Of a DNA stretch of 32,000 bases, positions 7,142 to 17,345 are shown in pieces. Position 1 is the first letter of the stretch. Each line of letters begins with the position of its first letter. The position numbers and the translations under genes were made by a program. This DNA is from Edaphobacter aggregans. Its GTDB lineage: Bacteria > Acidobacteriota > Terriglobia > Terriglobales > Acidobacteriaceae. The stretch is from NCBI RefSeq assembly GCF_003945235.1, contig NZ_RSDW01000001.1, positions 2,220,001-2,252,000 of the forward strand. Reading direction: 5' to 3'. The notes beneath the pieces are model-generated. The model did no database searches. It was not told the DNA's origin and was given only the letters and a program-made list of their open reading frames with translations.

Positions 7142-9181
7142 ATGGCAAGCACACGCAAACGCTCTCTCTGGGATACAAAGATCGTCCGCCGCGCACTTTT
7201 TGATGCGGTGGCCAAGCTCAACCCACGCAAGATGATGAAAAATCCCGTCATGTTCGTGGTCGAGATCGGCAGCGTCATCACGTCGATCTATTTGTTTCGC
7301 GATATGGCCGCGCACCGCGATTCACTCGGCTTCGATCTGCAAATTACGCTGTGGCTCTGGTTCACGGTGCTGTTTGCGAACTTCGCCGAAGCGATGGCGG
7401 AGGGCCGCGGCAAGGCTCAGGCTGACGCGCTGCGCCGTGCGAAGTCCGAGACGACCGCGGTGCGGTACCGGCCTGATGGCAGCACGGAGGAGGTTCCTAG
7501 CTCGCATTTGCGTGCCGGCGATCTGGTCTTCGTTATTGCCGGCGCGATGATTCCTGGCGACGGCGAAGTGATCGAGGGCGTCGCCTCCGTGGACGAGTCG
7601 GCCATCACAGGCGAGTCGGCTCCGGTGATTCGCGAGGCTGGTGGAGACCGCTCGGCGGTTACAGGTGGCACGCGCTGCCTCTCCGATCAGATCAAAGTTC
7701 GCATCACTTCGAATCCGGGTGAGACATTTCTTGATCGCATGATCGCGCTGGTCGAAGGTGCTGAGCGGCAGAAGACTCCAAATGAGATTGCGCTCAACAT
7801 CCTGCTGGCCGGGCTTACGATCATCTTTTTGCTCGCTGTCGTTACGTTGCAGCCGATTGCTATTTACTCGACGGCTCCGCAGACGGTATTTGTGTTGATC
7901 TCGCTGCTGGTCTGCCTGATTCCGACGACAATTGGCGGACTACTCTCAGCTATTGGCATTGCCGGCATGGACCGTCTGGTGCAACACAATGTGCTGGCGA
8001 TGTCTGGACGCGCGGTAGAAGCAGCTGGAGACGTCAACACTTTGCTGCTCGATAAGACCGGCACTATCACGCTGGGCAATCGGCAGGCGGCGGAGTTTAT
8101 TGCAGCGCCAGGAGTCAGTAAAAATCAACTGGCAGACGCGGCTCAGCTCTCTTCGCTGCCTGACGAGACGCCCGAGGGCCGGAGTATCGTCGTGCTGGCT
8201 AAGGAACAGTATGGGTTGCGCGGGCGCGAACTGCATGAGCTGAATGCGGAGTTCGTTCCCTTCTCTGCTGTGACGCGGATGTCGGGCGTGAACCTGGACG
8301 GGCGCGTGATTCGTAAAGGCTCGACCGATGCGATCGCGCGATTTTTGCAAGAGAACGGCGGAGTGTTGCCGGACGAAGTTCGTGCGGCGGTAGAGACCGT
8401 TGCGCGCAGTGGCGGCACACCGCTTGTCGTTGCGGAGAACCGCCAGGCGCTTGGCGTCATCCATCTGAAGGACATTGTCAAGGGCGGCATGAAGGAGCGG
8501 TTCTCGCAACTTCGGGCCATGGGTATTCGGACGATCATGATCACGGGCGACAATCCGCTGACTGCTGCGGCCATTGCGCGTGAGGCTGGCGTCGATGACT
8601 TTCTGGCCGAGGCCAAGCCTAAGGACAAGATGGACCTGATCCGGCGCGAGCAAGCCGAAGGCAAACTGGTGGCGATGACCGGCGACGGCACCAATGACGC
8701 TCCGGCGTTGGCGCAGGCTGATGTGGGTGTCGCCATGAACACTGGCACACAGGCGGCGAAAGAGGCCGGCAACATGGTCGATTTGGACAGCAATCCCACG
8801 AAGCTGATCGAGATTGTCGAGATCGGCAAGCAGCTTCTGATGACGCGCGGGGCGCTGACTACGTTTTCGATCGCCAACGATGTGGCTAAATACTTCGCGA
8901 TTATCCCGGCGATGTTTGCAGCTACGTTTCCAGTGCTGGCGGTGCTGAACATCATGCACCTGAAGACACCACAGTCGGCGATTCTGTCGGCTGTGATCTT
9001 CAATGCGCTGATCATCATTGGGCTGATTCCGCTGGCGCTGCGCGGGGTGAGCTACAAGGCCATGTCGGCGGAGTCGCTGCTGCGGCGCAACCTTATCATC
9101 TACGGCTTCGGCGGGCTTATTGCACCGTTTATCGGGATCAAGCTGATCGACATGATCATCACTGCCATTCATCTGGCGTAA
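7142..9181 (+). CDS. kdpB: K+-transporting P-type ATPase subunit B
   Basis: 679 aa. P-type ATPase motifs are [15 protein letters not shown] and [17 protein letters not shown]. Confidence 0.95.
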   Translation: MASTRKRSLWDTKIVRRALFDAVAKLNPRKMMKNPVMFVVEIGSVITSIYLFRDMAAHRDSLGFDLQITLWLWFTVLFANFAEAMAEGRGKAQADALRRAKSETTAVRYRPDGSTEEVPSSHLRAGDLVFVIAGAMIPGDGEVIEGVASVDESAITGESAPVIREAGGDRSAVTGGTRCLSDQIKVRITSNPGETFLDRMIALVEGAERQKTPNEIALNILLAGLTIIFLLAVVTLQPIAIYSTAPQTVFVLISLLVCLIPTTIGGLLSAIGIAGMDRLVQHNVLAMSGRAVEAAGDVNTLLLDKTGTITLGNRQAAEFIAAPGVSKNQLADAAQLSSLPDETPEGRSIVVLAKEQYGLRGRELHELNAEFVPFSAVTRMSGVNLDGRVIRKGSTDAIARFLQENGGVLPDEVRAAVETVARSGGTPLVVAENRQALGVIHLKDIVKGGMKERFSQLRAMGIRTIMITGDNPLTAAAIAREAGVDDFLAEAKPKDKMDLIRREQAEGKLVAMTGDGTNDAPALAQADVGVAMNTGTQAAKEAGNMVDLDSNPTKLIEIVEIGKQLLMTRGALTTFSIANDVAKYFAIIPAMFAATFPVLAVLNIMHLKTPQSAILSAVIFNALIIIGLIPLALRGVSYKAMSAESLLRRNLIIYGFGGLIAPFIGIKLIDMIITAIHLA

Positions 9182-9192
9182 AGGACTTTGCC

Positions 9193-9777
9193 ATGCGTCG
9201 AAATTTTGTAATCGCTCTTCTTTATACCGTCGTTACGACGATTGTGTTCGGGCTTGTGTATCCGCTTGTTGTGACCGGCTTCGCGCAGGTGCTGTTCCGG
9301 GACAAGGCCAACGGTCAGTTGATCTACCAGAATGGCCAGCTTGTGGGCTCGCGCATTATTGGCCAGCCGTTCAGTGGTGCGGGATACTTCCACTCGCGCC
9401 CTTCGGCGGCAGGCAACGGGTACGACGCTGCCAATTCTGGCGGCTCGAACTATGCTCCGACGAACAAAAAGCTGATCGACCGAGTTTCGGGCGACGTGGC
9501 TACATTCCAAACGGACCACCCTGGCAGCGATGTTCCGGTTGACCTGGTTACCGCCTCGGGGTCAGGTCTTGATCCACACATCACGCCTGCGGGCGCGGAG
9601 TTTCAGGTCGAGCGCGTGGCTCGGCAGCGGCATCTTTCTGCGGATGCGGTTAGGAAGCTGATTGCGTCGCATACGGAAGGGCGGCAGCTCGGGTTTCTTG
9701 GCGAGCCTCGAGTCAATGTGCTCGAGCTGAACCTTGATCTCGATCACGTGGCTCCGTTGACTGTGGCGGCGAGATAG
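9193..9777 (+). CDS. kdpC: K+-transporting ATPase subunit C
   Basis: 194 aa with an N-terminal TM helix. KdpC motifs are GSNYAPTN and [11 protein letters not shown]. Operon position fits. Confidence 0.9.
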   Translation: MRRNFVIALLYTVVTTIVFGLVYPLVVTGFAQVLFRDKANGQLIYQNGQLVGSRIIGQPFSGAGYFHSRPSAAGNGYDAANSGGSNYAPTNKKLIDRVSGDVATFQTDHPGSDVPVDLVTASGSGLDPHITPAGAEFQVERVARQRHLSADAVRKLIASHTEGRQLGFLGEPRVNVLELNLDLDHVAPLTVAAR

Positions 9778-9829
9778 CGGCGAAGGGCGGGAATAGGAAG
9801 CGATACTCCCCCCTCCCCATCATGGCCTC

Positions 9830-9888
9830 AAAGTATTCAAAGCAAAATACTTTAAGTCCGGACTTCCTCATCAGACGCACCCCTAAAT
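9830..9888. repeat. Intergenic repeat/hairpin cluster sharing a motif with 1470-1499
   Basis: AAAGTATT caaagcaa AATACTTT is an 8-bp inverted repeat (9830-9853). AAGTCCGGACTT is a perfect palindrome (9854-9865). AGACGCACCCCTAAAT (9873-9888) matches AGACACCCCTAAAAT at 1485-1499. AATACTTT also occurs at 1470-1477. Confidence 0.6.
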
Positions 9889-10217
9889 GGATGATGGAGA
9901 ATCGCGATGTCTGTCAAAGACCTCTAGTTCTATTAGAACAAACCGGGAGGCATTAATAATAGGCAACGCGTATCTTGTTTATTTTCTGCGCCTTATCGAG
10001 GTATTAGACTTGACAGCGGTAGTCGACTGTTCCGGCTCAAAGGAGAGGAAGCCCAAGCCTGGTTAGAGATGATGGGATGTAGGTAGCGGAGGAAATAACG
10101 GGAGAAACGGCTGTGGATGATCCCTTCAGTATCGACCAAACCTACTTTCTCTAATGACAATCTATTTTTCCTCCAAGAAATAGCTTTCTGGTCCTACCTC
10201 TTGCCTGCTAGGATGGC

Positions 10218-11852
10218 GTGCCTATGGATACTTTTCTCTCTGCACGCCGCGAACTTTTGAAGAAGGGAGGCATGGGATTGGCCGCTGCTGCTGTCGCCGC
10301 TGTGCCTTCCGCCTATGCCGCTCCGAAAAGTTCTTCCCTTACCGTAACTCCGAACATTTTTGATATCCGCACCTTCGGCGCTGTCGGCGATGGCAAGACG
10401 GTGGACAGTCCGGCGATCAATAAGGCTATTGATGCTGCCGCCGCTGCCGGGGGCGGTACGGTGCTGTTTCCGGCCGGGACGTGGCTCTCGTTTTCGATCC
10501 GGTTGAAGAGTCATGTGAACCTCTTTCTGTCGCAGGGAGCGACGCTGCTGGCTGCGGATTCGCCGAAGCCCGGAGAGACCACGGGGTACAACGGCGGGAC
10601 CTACGACCCGGCCGAGCCGAAGACAGAGTGGGACGCCTATCAGGACTACGGACATAACCACTGGCACAACTCTCTGATCTGGGGTGAGGGCATTCAGGAT
10701 GTTTCAATTACGGGACCGGGGCTGATCTGGGGTAAGGGGCTGAGCCGGGGCTCTCGCACGGGCTTCGTCGCGGAACAGGCTGGAGTGGGCAACAAGGCGA
10801 TTGCGCTGAAGAACTGCCGCAATGTGATGTTTCGCGATTTCTCGATCCTCAAGGGCGGCCATTTCGGCTTGCTTCTGACGGGCGTCGACAATATGACGAT
10901 CGATAACCTGATGATCGATACGGACCGCGACGGTATCGACATTGACTGCTGCAAGAACGTGAGGGTGTCGAACTGCTTTGTGAATTCGCCGTGGGACGAC
11001 GGCATCTGTCCGAAGTCCAGCTATGCGCTGGGGTATGCGAAGCCTACGGAGAATTTGACTATCACGAACTGCGTGATGACGGGCTACTACGAGTTGGGTA
11101 CCGTAATCGACGGCACGTTCAAGAAGTTTGCGCCGGACTTCAGGGTTCCGCGCAATGGCCGGATCAAGTGCGGAACGGAGTCGAATGGCGGCTTTAAGAA
11201 CATTACGATCTCGAACATCACCTTCGAGGGCAGTATGGGACTGGCGCTCGAGAGCGAGGAAGGCGCGCTATGCGAAGACGTCGCCATCTCGAACATTACG
11301 ATGCGCGATGGAGTGAATGGGCCGTTGTTCTTCCGGCTTGGCGCTCGTCTGCGCGGCCCCAAGGAGACCACGAAGGTGGGAACTTTGCGGCGAGTGATGG
11401 TCAATAACCTGGTGAGCTATAACTCCAGTTCGCATATCTGTTCGATTCTGAGCGGCATTCCGGGTTATGCCGTTCAGGATGTGAAGATTTCGAACGTGTA
11501 TGTCCAGCATCAGGGTGGGGCTGCTGCGGATACGGTGGCGCTGACTCCGCCGGAGAACATCGAGAAATATCCAGACCCACCGATGTTCGGGCCGATGCCG
11601 TCGCAGGGATTTTTCCTGCGGCACGTCGACCACCTGGAGATGAGCCATGTAGAGGTGCAGCCCGTACAGCCTGATCCGCGGCCGTCTTTCTATTTGCAGG
11701 ATGTGAACCGGGCGGACTTCATTGCGGCGACGGCTCCGACCAGCGCCGAGGCTCCGGCATTCCACTTGAACAAGGTGACGGATCTGCGGATCGCGCTCAG
11801 CCGGGCCGCAAAGGACACGCAGTTGGCGACGGCAGATGGTCAGACGTTGTAA
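10218..11852 (+). CDS. TAT-exported glycoside hydrolase family 28-like enzyme (right-handed beta-helix, pectin-lyase fold)
   Basis: Twin-arginine signal SARRELLKKGGMGLAAAAVAAVPSAYA. N-terminal FGAVGDGKTVDSPAINKAIDAAAAAGGGTVLFPAGTW. GH28-like blocks are DTDRDGIDID, WDDGICPKS and GRIKCGTES. GTG at 10218; ATG at 10224 is an equally plausible start. Confidence 0.75.
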   Translation: MPMDTFLSARRELLKKGGMGLAAAAVAAVPSAYAAPKSSSLTVTPNIFDIRTFGAVGDGKTVDSPAINKAIDAAAAAGGGTVLFPAGTWLSFSIRLKSHVNLFLSQGATLLAADSPKPGETTGYNGGTYDPAEPKTEWDAYQDYGHNHWHNSLIWGEGIQDVSITGPGLIWGKGLSRGSRTGFVAEQAGVGNKAIALKNCRNVMFRDFSILKGGHFGLLLTGVDNMTIDNLMIDTDRDGIDIDCCKNVRVSNCFVNSPWDDGICPKSSYALGYAKPTENLTITNCVMTGYYELGTVIDGTFKKFAPDFRVPRNGRIKCGTESNGGFKNITISNITFEGSMGLALESEEGALCEDVAISNITMRDGVNGPLFFRLGARLRGPKETTKVGTLRRVMVNNLVSYNSSSHICSILSGIPGYAVQDVKISNVYVQHQGGAAADTVALTPPENIEKYPDPPMFGPMPSQGFFLRHVDHLEMSHVEVQPVQPDPRPSFYLQDVNRADFIAATAPTSAEAPAFHLNKVTDLRIALSRAAKDTQLATADGQTL

Positions 11853-11871
11853 GGTTAATTGCAGTTGGAAT

Positions 11872-11905
11872 GGGCCCGGGCTTCGGTCTGGGCCTTTTCG
11901 TTTTT
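11872..11905 (+). terminator. Rho-independent terminator after the GH28-like gene
   Basis: GGCCCGG gcttcgg TCTGGGCC stem (one G:T pair) followed by TTTTCGTTTTT. Confidence 0.75.
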
Positions 11906-11994
11906 GGGACCTTAAATTTAGCGGACGCGGAATCTGATTGTGTGGAAGTCCCGTCCGTGTTTTCATCGAGTTGCAGCATATTGAGGAGGCAGCT

Positions 11995-12696
11995 ATGCCC
12001 TATCAGATCTCACGCGGCGGCCAGATGTATGGCCCGTACACTCTCGAAGATCTTCAGCGGTACGTTGCTTCGGGTAACGTTCTGCTCACCGATATGGCCA
12101 AGAGCGAGGAGATGCCCGACTGGGCGCCGGTCTCGCAGATTCTTGGCGGAGCACCGGTTGCCGCTGCTGCGCCGATGTATCCTTCGGAGCCGGTGTATGC
12201 TCCGACGCCGACACCGGGGTATGGTACGCCCGCGGGCATCTATCCCGACCCACCGAACCTAAACTGGGGTCTCGTGCTGCTGTTCGGGATTCTGACGTGC
12301 GGAGTCTTCTTTCCGATATGGGAGCTGGTGCAGACGCTGTGGATGAAGCGGGTGCAGCCGCAGACCAAGGCGATGACGTACTACATCATCTATATGGTTC
12401 TCTGGTTTCTCTATATCGGAAGCTCCTTGGGTAATAGCGCTGCGATGATGCATGGCGAGGTGCGGCATGCATCGCCGTTGGCGATTCTGACGTGGGTGGC
12501 GATGGCTGTAATGGCGGTTGTCTACCGCTTCGCGATGCGTGCCTCCATCGAGCAGCACTTCAACGGGCCTGAGCCAATCGGGTTGCGTCTGGGGCCAGTA
12601 ATGACGTTTTTTTTCGGTGGCCTTTACTTCCAATACCACTTCAACAAGATCAACGAGATGAAACAGGCGGCGCGCTACCGGAGTTTCGGGCAGTGA
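11995..12696 (+). CDS. GYF_2 (DUF4339) domain protein with a C-terminal DUF4234-like membrane domain
   Basis: ATG at 11995 is preceded by SD GAGGAGG. N-terminus is MPYQISRGGQMYGPYTLEDLQRYVASGNVLLTDMAKSEEMPDWAPVSQIL (GYF_2-like). A Pro-rich linker follows, then LLFGILTCGVFFPIW (DUF4234-like) and further TM helices. The ORF-track start at 11938 is probably too long. Confidence 0.7.
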   Translation: MPYQISRGGQMYGPYTLEDLQRYVASGNVLLTDMAKSEEMPDWAPVSQILGGAPVAAAAPMYPSEPVYAPTPTPGYGTPAGIYPDPPNLNWGLVLLFGILTCGVFFPIWELVQTLWMKRVQPQTKAMTYYIIYMVLWFLYIGSSLGNSAAMMHGEVRHASPLAILTWVAMAVMAVVYRFAMRASIEQHFNGPEPIGLRLGPVMTFFFGGLYFQYHFNKINEMKQAARYRSFGQ

Positions 12697-13070
12697 GGTT
12701 GAGCGGCCGGCTGGTGGGGGTGGCTGCTCCCGTAGTGTGTGTGGCTCTGGTTGCGGTGGTGCTTCTTCTGTTTCCGCCGCAGCAGTATGGCTTCTATCCG
12801 GCTTGCCCTGTCTATCGGTATCTGCATGTACTTTGCCCTGGGTGCGGGGCTACTCGGGCGCTGGCGGCGCTGCTGCATGGGCAGGTGGGGGAGGCTCTAC
12901 GGCTGAATTGGCTGATTGTGACGTTGCTGCCCGTATGTGGGGGATATGGGGCTGCGGCGCATCGCCGATGGTTACGCGGTGAGAAATTTGTGTGGCCGCG
13001 GATTCCGCTGCTGGCGATCTATGGAGCGCTTGCGGTTACGGGTGTCTTTGGCGTTATGCGCAATCTGTAG
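12693..13070 (+). CDS. DUF2752 domain-containing membrane protein
   Basis: The CPVYRYLHVLCPGCGATRA motif is typical of DUF2752. The GTG start overlaps the upstream stop (GTGA). Confidence 0.75.
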   Translation: MRLSGRLVGVAAPVVCVALVAVVLLLFPPQQYGFYPACPVYRYLHVLCPGCGATRALAALLHGQVGEALRLNWLIVTLLPVCGGYGAAAHRRWLRGEKFVWPRIPLLAIYGALAVTGVFGVMRNL

Positions 13071-13085
13071 CGCGGGCGCAGAAAA

Positions 13086-13105
13086 GCCCCAGCGGGCGCC
13101 GGGGC
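13086..13105. terminator. GC-rich hairpin between convergent genes
   Basis: GCCCC agcgggcgcc GGGGC. The - strand reading is followed by CTTTTC. It lies between the stops at 13070 (+) and 13135 (-). The stem is short. Confidence 0.4.
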
Positions 13106-13134
13106 CTTCTTGATGGAGCGAAAGATCGCCTGCT

Positions 13135-13656
13135 TTATGCTTCGACCGTTACGGGTTCGGCCACTGGTGTCGCCGTGCCACCCTTCAGGTCGGTGCCGCC
13201 GGGCTTGCGGATGTCGATGCCGCCCTTGAAGAAAGCGCCGTCCTCGATGGAGATGCGGGCTGCGATGACGTCGCCGGTGAGGGAGCCTTCGCTACGGATA
13301 TCGACGCGGTCGCTGGCCTGGCAGTTGCCACGCACTTTGCCGAGCACGACGATCTCGCGAGCGACGATGTTGGCGGCGACCTGTCCGTTACGACCGACGG
13401 TGACGCGGTTGCCAGGGAGGTTGATGGCGCCCTCGACCTTGCCGTCGATGTAAAGGGACTCGGAACCGGTGACCTCGCCTTTGACTACGAGCGATTTTCC
13501 GATGGTGGCCTGTTCGCCCGTTGGCACTGCTGTCGCGCCGGAGCTGCCGACGGTGGGACGTGTGGGGCTGGCCTCAAAGCTCGAAGTGGGGGGCGTCGGA
13601 CGCACCGGTTCAGGGGTTGAGGGGCTGTTGCTGCCGGGCTGGTTCGGTTTCCACAT
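13135..13656 (-). CDS. Bactofilin-family polymer-forming cytoskeletal protein
   Basis: Bactofilin (DUF583) core: IGKSLVVKGEVTGSESLYIDGKVEGAINLPGNRVTVGRNGQVAANIVAREIVVLGKVRGNCQASDRVDIRSEGSLTGDVIAARISIEDGAFFKG. The N-terminus is P/S/T-rich. The ATG at 13656 (MWKPNQ...) is preferred. In-frame upstream starts reach 13731. Confidence 0.8.
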   Translation of the reverse strand: MWKPNQPGSNSPSTPEPVRPTPPTSSFEASPTRPTVGSSGATAVPTGEQATIGKSLVVKGEVTGSESLYIDGKVEGAINLPGNRVTVGRNGQVAANIVAREIVVLGKVRGNCQASDRVDIRSEGSLTGDVIAARISIEDGAFFKGGIDIRKPGGTDLKGGTATPVAEPVTVEA

Positions 13657-14044
13657 ATTCGTTTGTATCCTTTCGTCACTGCTCAGATGTCCCGATGCGG
13701 GCTGCATGGACGCGCCACCACGAGGCAGCACGCATTCTTTCCACGATACTACTCTGGAGTAGGCCGCGGAGCGTCACCGATCAACAAACAATCCACAGTT
13801 TTGGCCCATAGTTAGGCACCTCCGAAGGTCTTTCCGGGTACTAAGAATTAATTTCTGCAGGTAATCCCTTTTGTTCCAACTCCCTAAAAGTGTTAGTGGT
13901 ATGGTAGATCGGCTCGGCCGAAATCAGCATGCCTGAAGTAGCATGACAACATTTGAAAAATATGCGCGTGCCTGGGAGTGATCCTATGCTTGCGTTCTTT
14001 CTCTACGATCCCGGGCCTCATGCGCCGGACAGCCTTTAGCGAGT

Positions 14045-14764
14045 TTGCCCTTGAATCGGTTTATGCGTTTTTGTCTGCCTTGCATGCGGGCAGTGGTTGT
14101 TTTTGCTCTGTCTATGTTTGCCCTGAGATCTGTGCTAGCTGCCGTGCCCAAGGTTCATACTGTCACTCTTGGCGCGGTGCGGAAGGTTCCTTATACGCAG
14201 CCGGATGCTACGCCGGACACCAAGTCGGACGAGACCTCCACGCTGAAGGTGCGGCCGCTCTTTGTGGACGACCGGCAGAAAGAGTGGACGATGGGCGAGC
14301 TGCACGACATCACTGACCGAACATTTGCGATTCGGCGCGCGCTGCGCATCAACGACTCGTTGCCGAGCGATTCGACTGCTCACTGGATCTGGCAGCCGGG
14401 TCCGTGGATCATGGTTGACCGCGTGACGGGTCACATCACCGCGCTGCATCTGCCGGACTTCGATCCTGTGGTCTCGAACGCGGTGTGGTTTCGCGATTAC
14501 GCGGCCTACTGTGGAACGGCGAACACGCCGAAGGGTGGGTTGTTCGCTATCGTCGTGCAGCTTGGGGCGAGGCGAGCTGTCGTACAGAAGCTCATCGGCA
14601 AATGGCCGCAAACGGATCACTTCATTCCAGTGTGCCAGCCGGCGCAGTGGCAACGGCTGCCCATGCGCGTGACCATCAAGCCTACAGGTGGGGAGGCAAC
14701 GACATACGATGTGTTGGGCACGGCTTCGATCATCGAAGAAGGTGATAACTCGGACGACAACTGA
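14045..14764 (+). CDS. Hypothetical secreted protein
   Basis: 239-aa ORF with a signal-like N-terminus (MRFCLPCMRAVVVFALSMFALRSVLA from the ATG at 14063). No family recognised. The start is uncertain: TTG at 14045 or ATG at 14063. Confidence 0.55.
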   Translation: MPLNRFMRFCLPCMRAVVVFALSMFALRSVLAAVPKVHTVTLGAVRKVPYTQPDATPDTKSDETSTLKVRPLFVDDRQKEWTMGELHDITDRTFAIRRALRINDSLPSDSTAHWIWQPGPWIMVDRVTGHITALHLPDFDPVVSNAVWFRDYAAYCGTANTPKGGLFAIVVQLGARRAVVQKLIGKWPQTDHFIPVCQPAQWQRLPMRVTIKPTGGEATTYDVLGTASIIEEGDNSDDN

Positions 14765-14789
14765 GCGGCTGCCGCGCTTTTATCCGCTC

Positions 14790-15338
14790 CTATCGCAGGA
14801 ATGGGATGTAGGCCGAGACGGTCTGACGATAACGAAAAAACTCGTCGCCGAAGCGAGAGGCCAGAAGACCATCCTCGGCTCTGACGCGAATCTCAGTGCC
14901 CAGCAGAAACACGATGAGGGCGATAAGGAACAACAAGGGAGGCGTGATGAGAACGCCGGTGCCAAGCAGGATACAGAGCATCGACGTGTAGATGGGGTGG
15001 CGGAGGATGCCATAGGGACCGGAACGTACGAGTTGGTGATCGTGGCTGAGGGCCGCATCGAATCGGAGATGCTTACCGAGTGCGCGAGTGCTCGTCCAGG
15101 AGAGAAGCGACGCAAAGAGAAAGCAGAGAATTGCGAGTGCGACCTGCCAGAGCGCCGGGGAGCGCATCCAGAAGTGACCTTGCCACAGAAGAGAGTAGGC
15201 GACAACCTGAAGCAGCAGACCCCAGCGGGAGCGGTTATCTCTTTTCGCTGGCGCAGACCAGTTCCAGCCGCTTAAAGGAAACGGCAACAGCCAGAGAATC
15301 CAGCCCACGGCGAGAATGGCGTAGACATAAACAGGCAT
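14790..15338 (-). CDS. Isoprenylcysteine carboxyl / phospholipid methyltransferase family membrane protein
   Basis: Polytopic protein. The C-terminal block LVRSGPYGILRHPIYTSMLCILLG ... EDGLLASRFGDEFFRYRQTVSAYIPF is typical of the ICMT/PEMT family. Confidence 0.75.
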   Translation of the reverse strand: MPVYVYAILAVGWILWLLPFPLSGWNWSAPAKRDNRSRWGLLLQVVAYSLLWQGHFWMRSPALWQVALAILCFLFASLLSWTSTRALGKHLRFDAALSHDHQLVRSGPYGILRHPIYTSMLCILLGTGVLITPPLLFLIALIVFLLGTEIRVRAEDGLLASRFGDEFFRYRQTVSAYIPFLR

Positions 15339-15355
15339 GCGCTGTCAGCTCTGGA

Positions 15356-15805
15356 CTAACTCGCTGTTCCGCAGATATAGGCCTCGAGATGGCGGATGGT
15401 CGTCTCCTGCTCGCTGATAACGTAGTTCACGAGGTCTCCGATGGAGACGACGCCGACGACCCTTTTTTCTTCGCACACGGGAAGATGACGGATACGGCTG
15501 TCGGTGATGATGCGCATGCAGTCGCCCACGGTGTGGCGCAGGGATACGGTGATGACGGGACTACTCATGATCTCGGCGACCGGGGTGTCTTTGGAGGACC
15601 GGCCCTGCAGGATGACCTTGCGGGCATAGTCGCGTTCGGAGATGATGCCGACGAGTTCGTCCTGTTGGAGAACAAGGAGCGCGCCGACCTGTTTGGCAGC
15701 CATCATCTCGACGGCCTGATAGACGGAGGCGTCAGGGGGGATGGAGGCGACCTGACCGGCCTTCTGCTTGAGTAACACGCCCACTGTCGTTGCAAATTCG
15801 CTCAT
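15356..15805 (-). CDS. CBS domain-pair protein
   Basis: Two CBS repeats ([19 protein letters not shown] ... GIISERD and [33 protein letters not shown]). The ATG at 15805 is preceded by GAGGTG. The 81 codons upstream in the ORF track overlap the MarC gene and are rejected. Confidence 0.8.
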   Translation of the reverse strand: MSEFATTVGVLLKQKAGQVASIPPDASVYQAVEMMAAKQVGALLVLQQDELVGIISERDYARKVILQGRSSKDTPVAEIMSSPVITVSLRHTVGDCMRIITDSRIRHLPVCEEKRVVGVVSIGDLVNYVISEQETTIRHLEAYICGTAS

Positions 15806-15876
15806 CGGGCACCTCGGGCCTCGAATAGTAACTCGGGCAGAGGGCTGTGCGCAATAAAACTCGGATCCCTTTGGAT

Positions 15877-16557
15877 CTAAGAGATATGCAGAACAGTTTC
15901 GAGAAGAGGGGACAGACCGTTCCACGCTATCTGGACACCGATGCACAGCAGGATAAACGCGATGACCCGTAGGATACCGTGAGCCGTTGCGGGAGAGATC
16001 ACCTGTGTAATTCGCGGCGCATAGGCATAGCAAAGATAGACCAGCCAACTGAGTACAGCGGCCGCGACCAACAATCCAGCTCGCGCAACCAGGTTTCCGG
16101 TGAGGGTTTTCTCGGTGGCGTGGGCGCTCAGCGTAAGCATTACAACGATGCAGCCAGGCCCCACGGTTATGGGGAAAGTGAAGGGATAGAACGACTTCTC
16201 TTGGAAGTTCGCGTTTAGGGTATCTGCCCCGCTGGCCACCTGGGCCTGCGCGTCACTGGTGGCGTCCGCAGCTTTCTGGTTAAGCAGCGACCACCCCATC
16301 GCAGCCACGACGAGCCCTCCGGCGAGTTGCACGATCGAAAGCGAGATCCCGAAGAAGCCCAGCAGATACGATCCGACCAGCTCAATGACCACGAAGAAGA
16401 AAATGACGTTGATTGCGATTTGACGCGCGAGAGACTTGTATATCGCCGGAGGCTGCAAGCCAACCAGGCCAAGAAACACGAGCGCCGATCCGAGCGGATT
16501 GACGAGTGGCAGCAGGGCGCTGAACCCAATGGCGAAATGTTGCCAGAACAAAAGCAT
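15877..16557 (-). CDS. MarC family (UPF0056) integral membrane protein
   Basis: [28 protein letters not shown] is the typical MarC N-terminus. About 6 TM helices. The ATG at 16557 is preferred over the ORF-track start at 16632. Confidence 0.75.
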   Translation of the reverse strand: MLLFWQHFAIGFSALLPLVNPLGSALVFLGLVGLQPPAIYKSLARQIAINVIFFFVVIELVGSYLLGFFGISLSIVQLAGGLVVAAMGWSLLNQKAADATSDAQAQVASGADTLNANFQEKSFYPFTFPITVGPGCIVVMLTLSAHATEKTLTGNLVARAGLLVAAAVLSWLVYLCYAYAPRITQVISPATAHGILRVIAFILLCIGVQIAWNGLSPLLETVLHIS

Positions 16558-16680
16558 TTCATACCCTTTGTTGCAGGCTGCGACTGATCGCACATTGGCT
16601 CGCCCTGCAGATGGATAGACAACACCGGTCAATCGAAGTGTAGCGTACCTCTTGGCGAATTACGGCAGTATGATCACCTT

Positions 16681-17277
16681 ATGCAGACCTTCGAAGCTCT
16701 GCTTGGCGAAGCGGAAGTGGCCCACGGTCATCTGTGCGCGGGGCAGATTCTCGGCGTGCGCATGGCTATGCTGGGGTGTCAGCGGCTGGATATCGATGAT
16801 CCCAAGGGAGCGGATCGCAAGCGGCTGGTTACCTTTGTCGAGATCGATCGCTGCGCCACGGACGCCATCGGTGTCGTCACAGGCTGCCGGCTGGGCAAGC
16901 GTGCCCTGAAGTTTCGCGACTGGGGAAAGATGGCCGCGACCTTTCTCGATCTCAGCACTGGCAGGGCTATCCGGATTGCGGCGCTGGAGTCGTCGAAGCA
17001 ACGGGCGCGAGAGCTCTACCCGGACGTGGAACCGAAGAATAAGCAGCAGATGCTGGCCTATCGCGAGATGCCCGACGCGGATCTCTTTGCCGAGGAGTGG
17101 GTGCAGGTTCCTATGCATGCGCGCGAGCTGCCAGGCTACAAGTCCGAGCGGATCGCCTGTGCTGTGTGCGGCGAGGGCATCAACTACGATCGCCAGGTTG
17201 AGGTCGGCGGCGAAATACTGTGCCAGGGTTGCGCCTTTCCTGAGACGCGTTACTACCAACCGCTCGGGCCAGAATAG
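16681..17277 (+). CDS. FmdE family protein with a C-terminal zinc ribbon
   Basis: HGHLCAGQILGVRM ... VEIDRCATDAIGVVTGC are FmdE-domain motifs. C-terminal CAVCGE ... CQGC is a zinc ribbon. No SD precedes the ATG. Confidence 0.75.
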   Translation: MQTFEALLGEAEVAHGHLCAGQILGVRMAMLGCQRLDIDDPKGADRKRLVTFVEIDRCATDAIGVVTGCRLGKRALKFRDWGKMAATFLDLSTGRAIRIAALESSKQRARELYPDVEPKNKQQMLAYREMPDADLFAEEWVQVPMHARELPGYKSERIACAVCGEGINYDRQVEVGGEILCQGCAFPETRYYQPLGPE

Positions 17278-17345
17278 TGAGCTACAAACAGCAAGGCCGG
17301 CGCGGAATCTCTCCCACGACCGGCCGTCTGAACCTCAATCAACGA

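Noticed and set aside
7946-9172. 408-aa and 291-aa ORFs antisense to kdpB. Similar long antisense or alternate-frame ORFs occur inside other genes (1898-2362, 11268-11966, 14135-14653, 16660-17259, 30464-31030, 31168-31761).
   Set aside because: They lie wholly inside well-supported genes with clear family motifs. Their products are Arg/Pro/His-rich low-complexity strings. Long stop-free alternate frames are expected in high-GC coding DNA.
9822-9959. 45-codon ORF (MASKYSKQNTLSPDF...) in the kdpC-GH28 intergenic region.
   Set aside because: No SD, hand-counted GC3 of about 43%, and it runs across the repeat/palindrome cluster. It is more likely non-coding.
15806-16048. 81-codon N-terminal extension of the CBS-pair ORF, and the 25-codon extension of MarC (16558-16632).
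   Set aside because: The extensions overlap the neighbouring gene or lack domain content. Internal ATGs give products starting exactly at the family-typical N-termini, and the CBS start has a GAGGTG SD.
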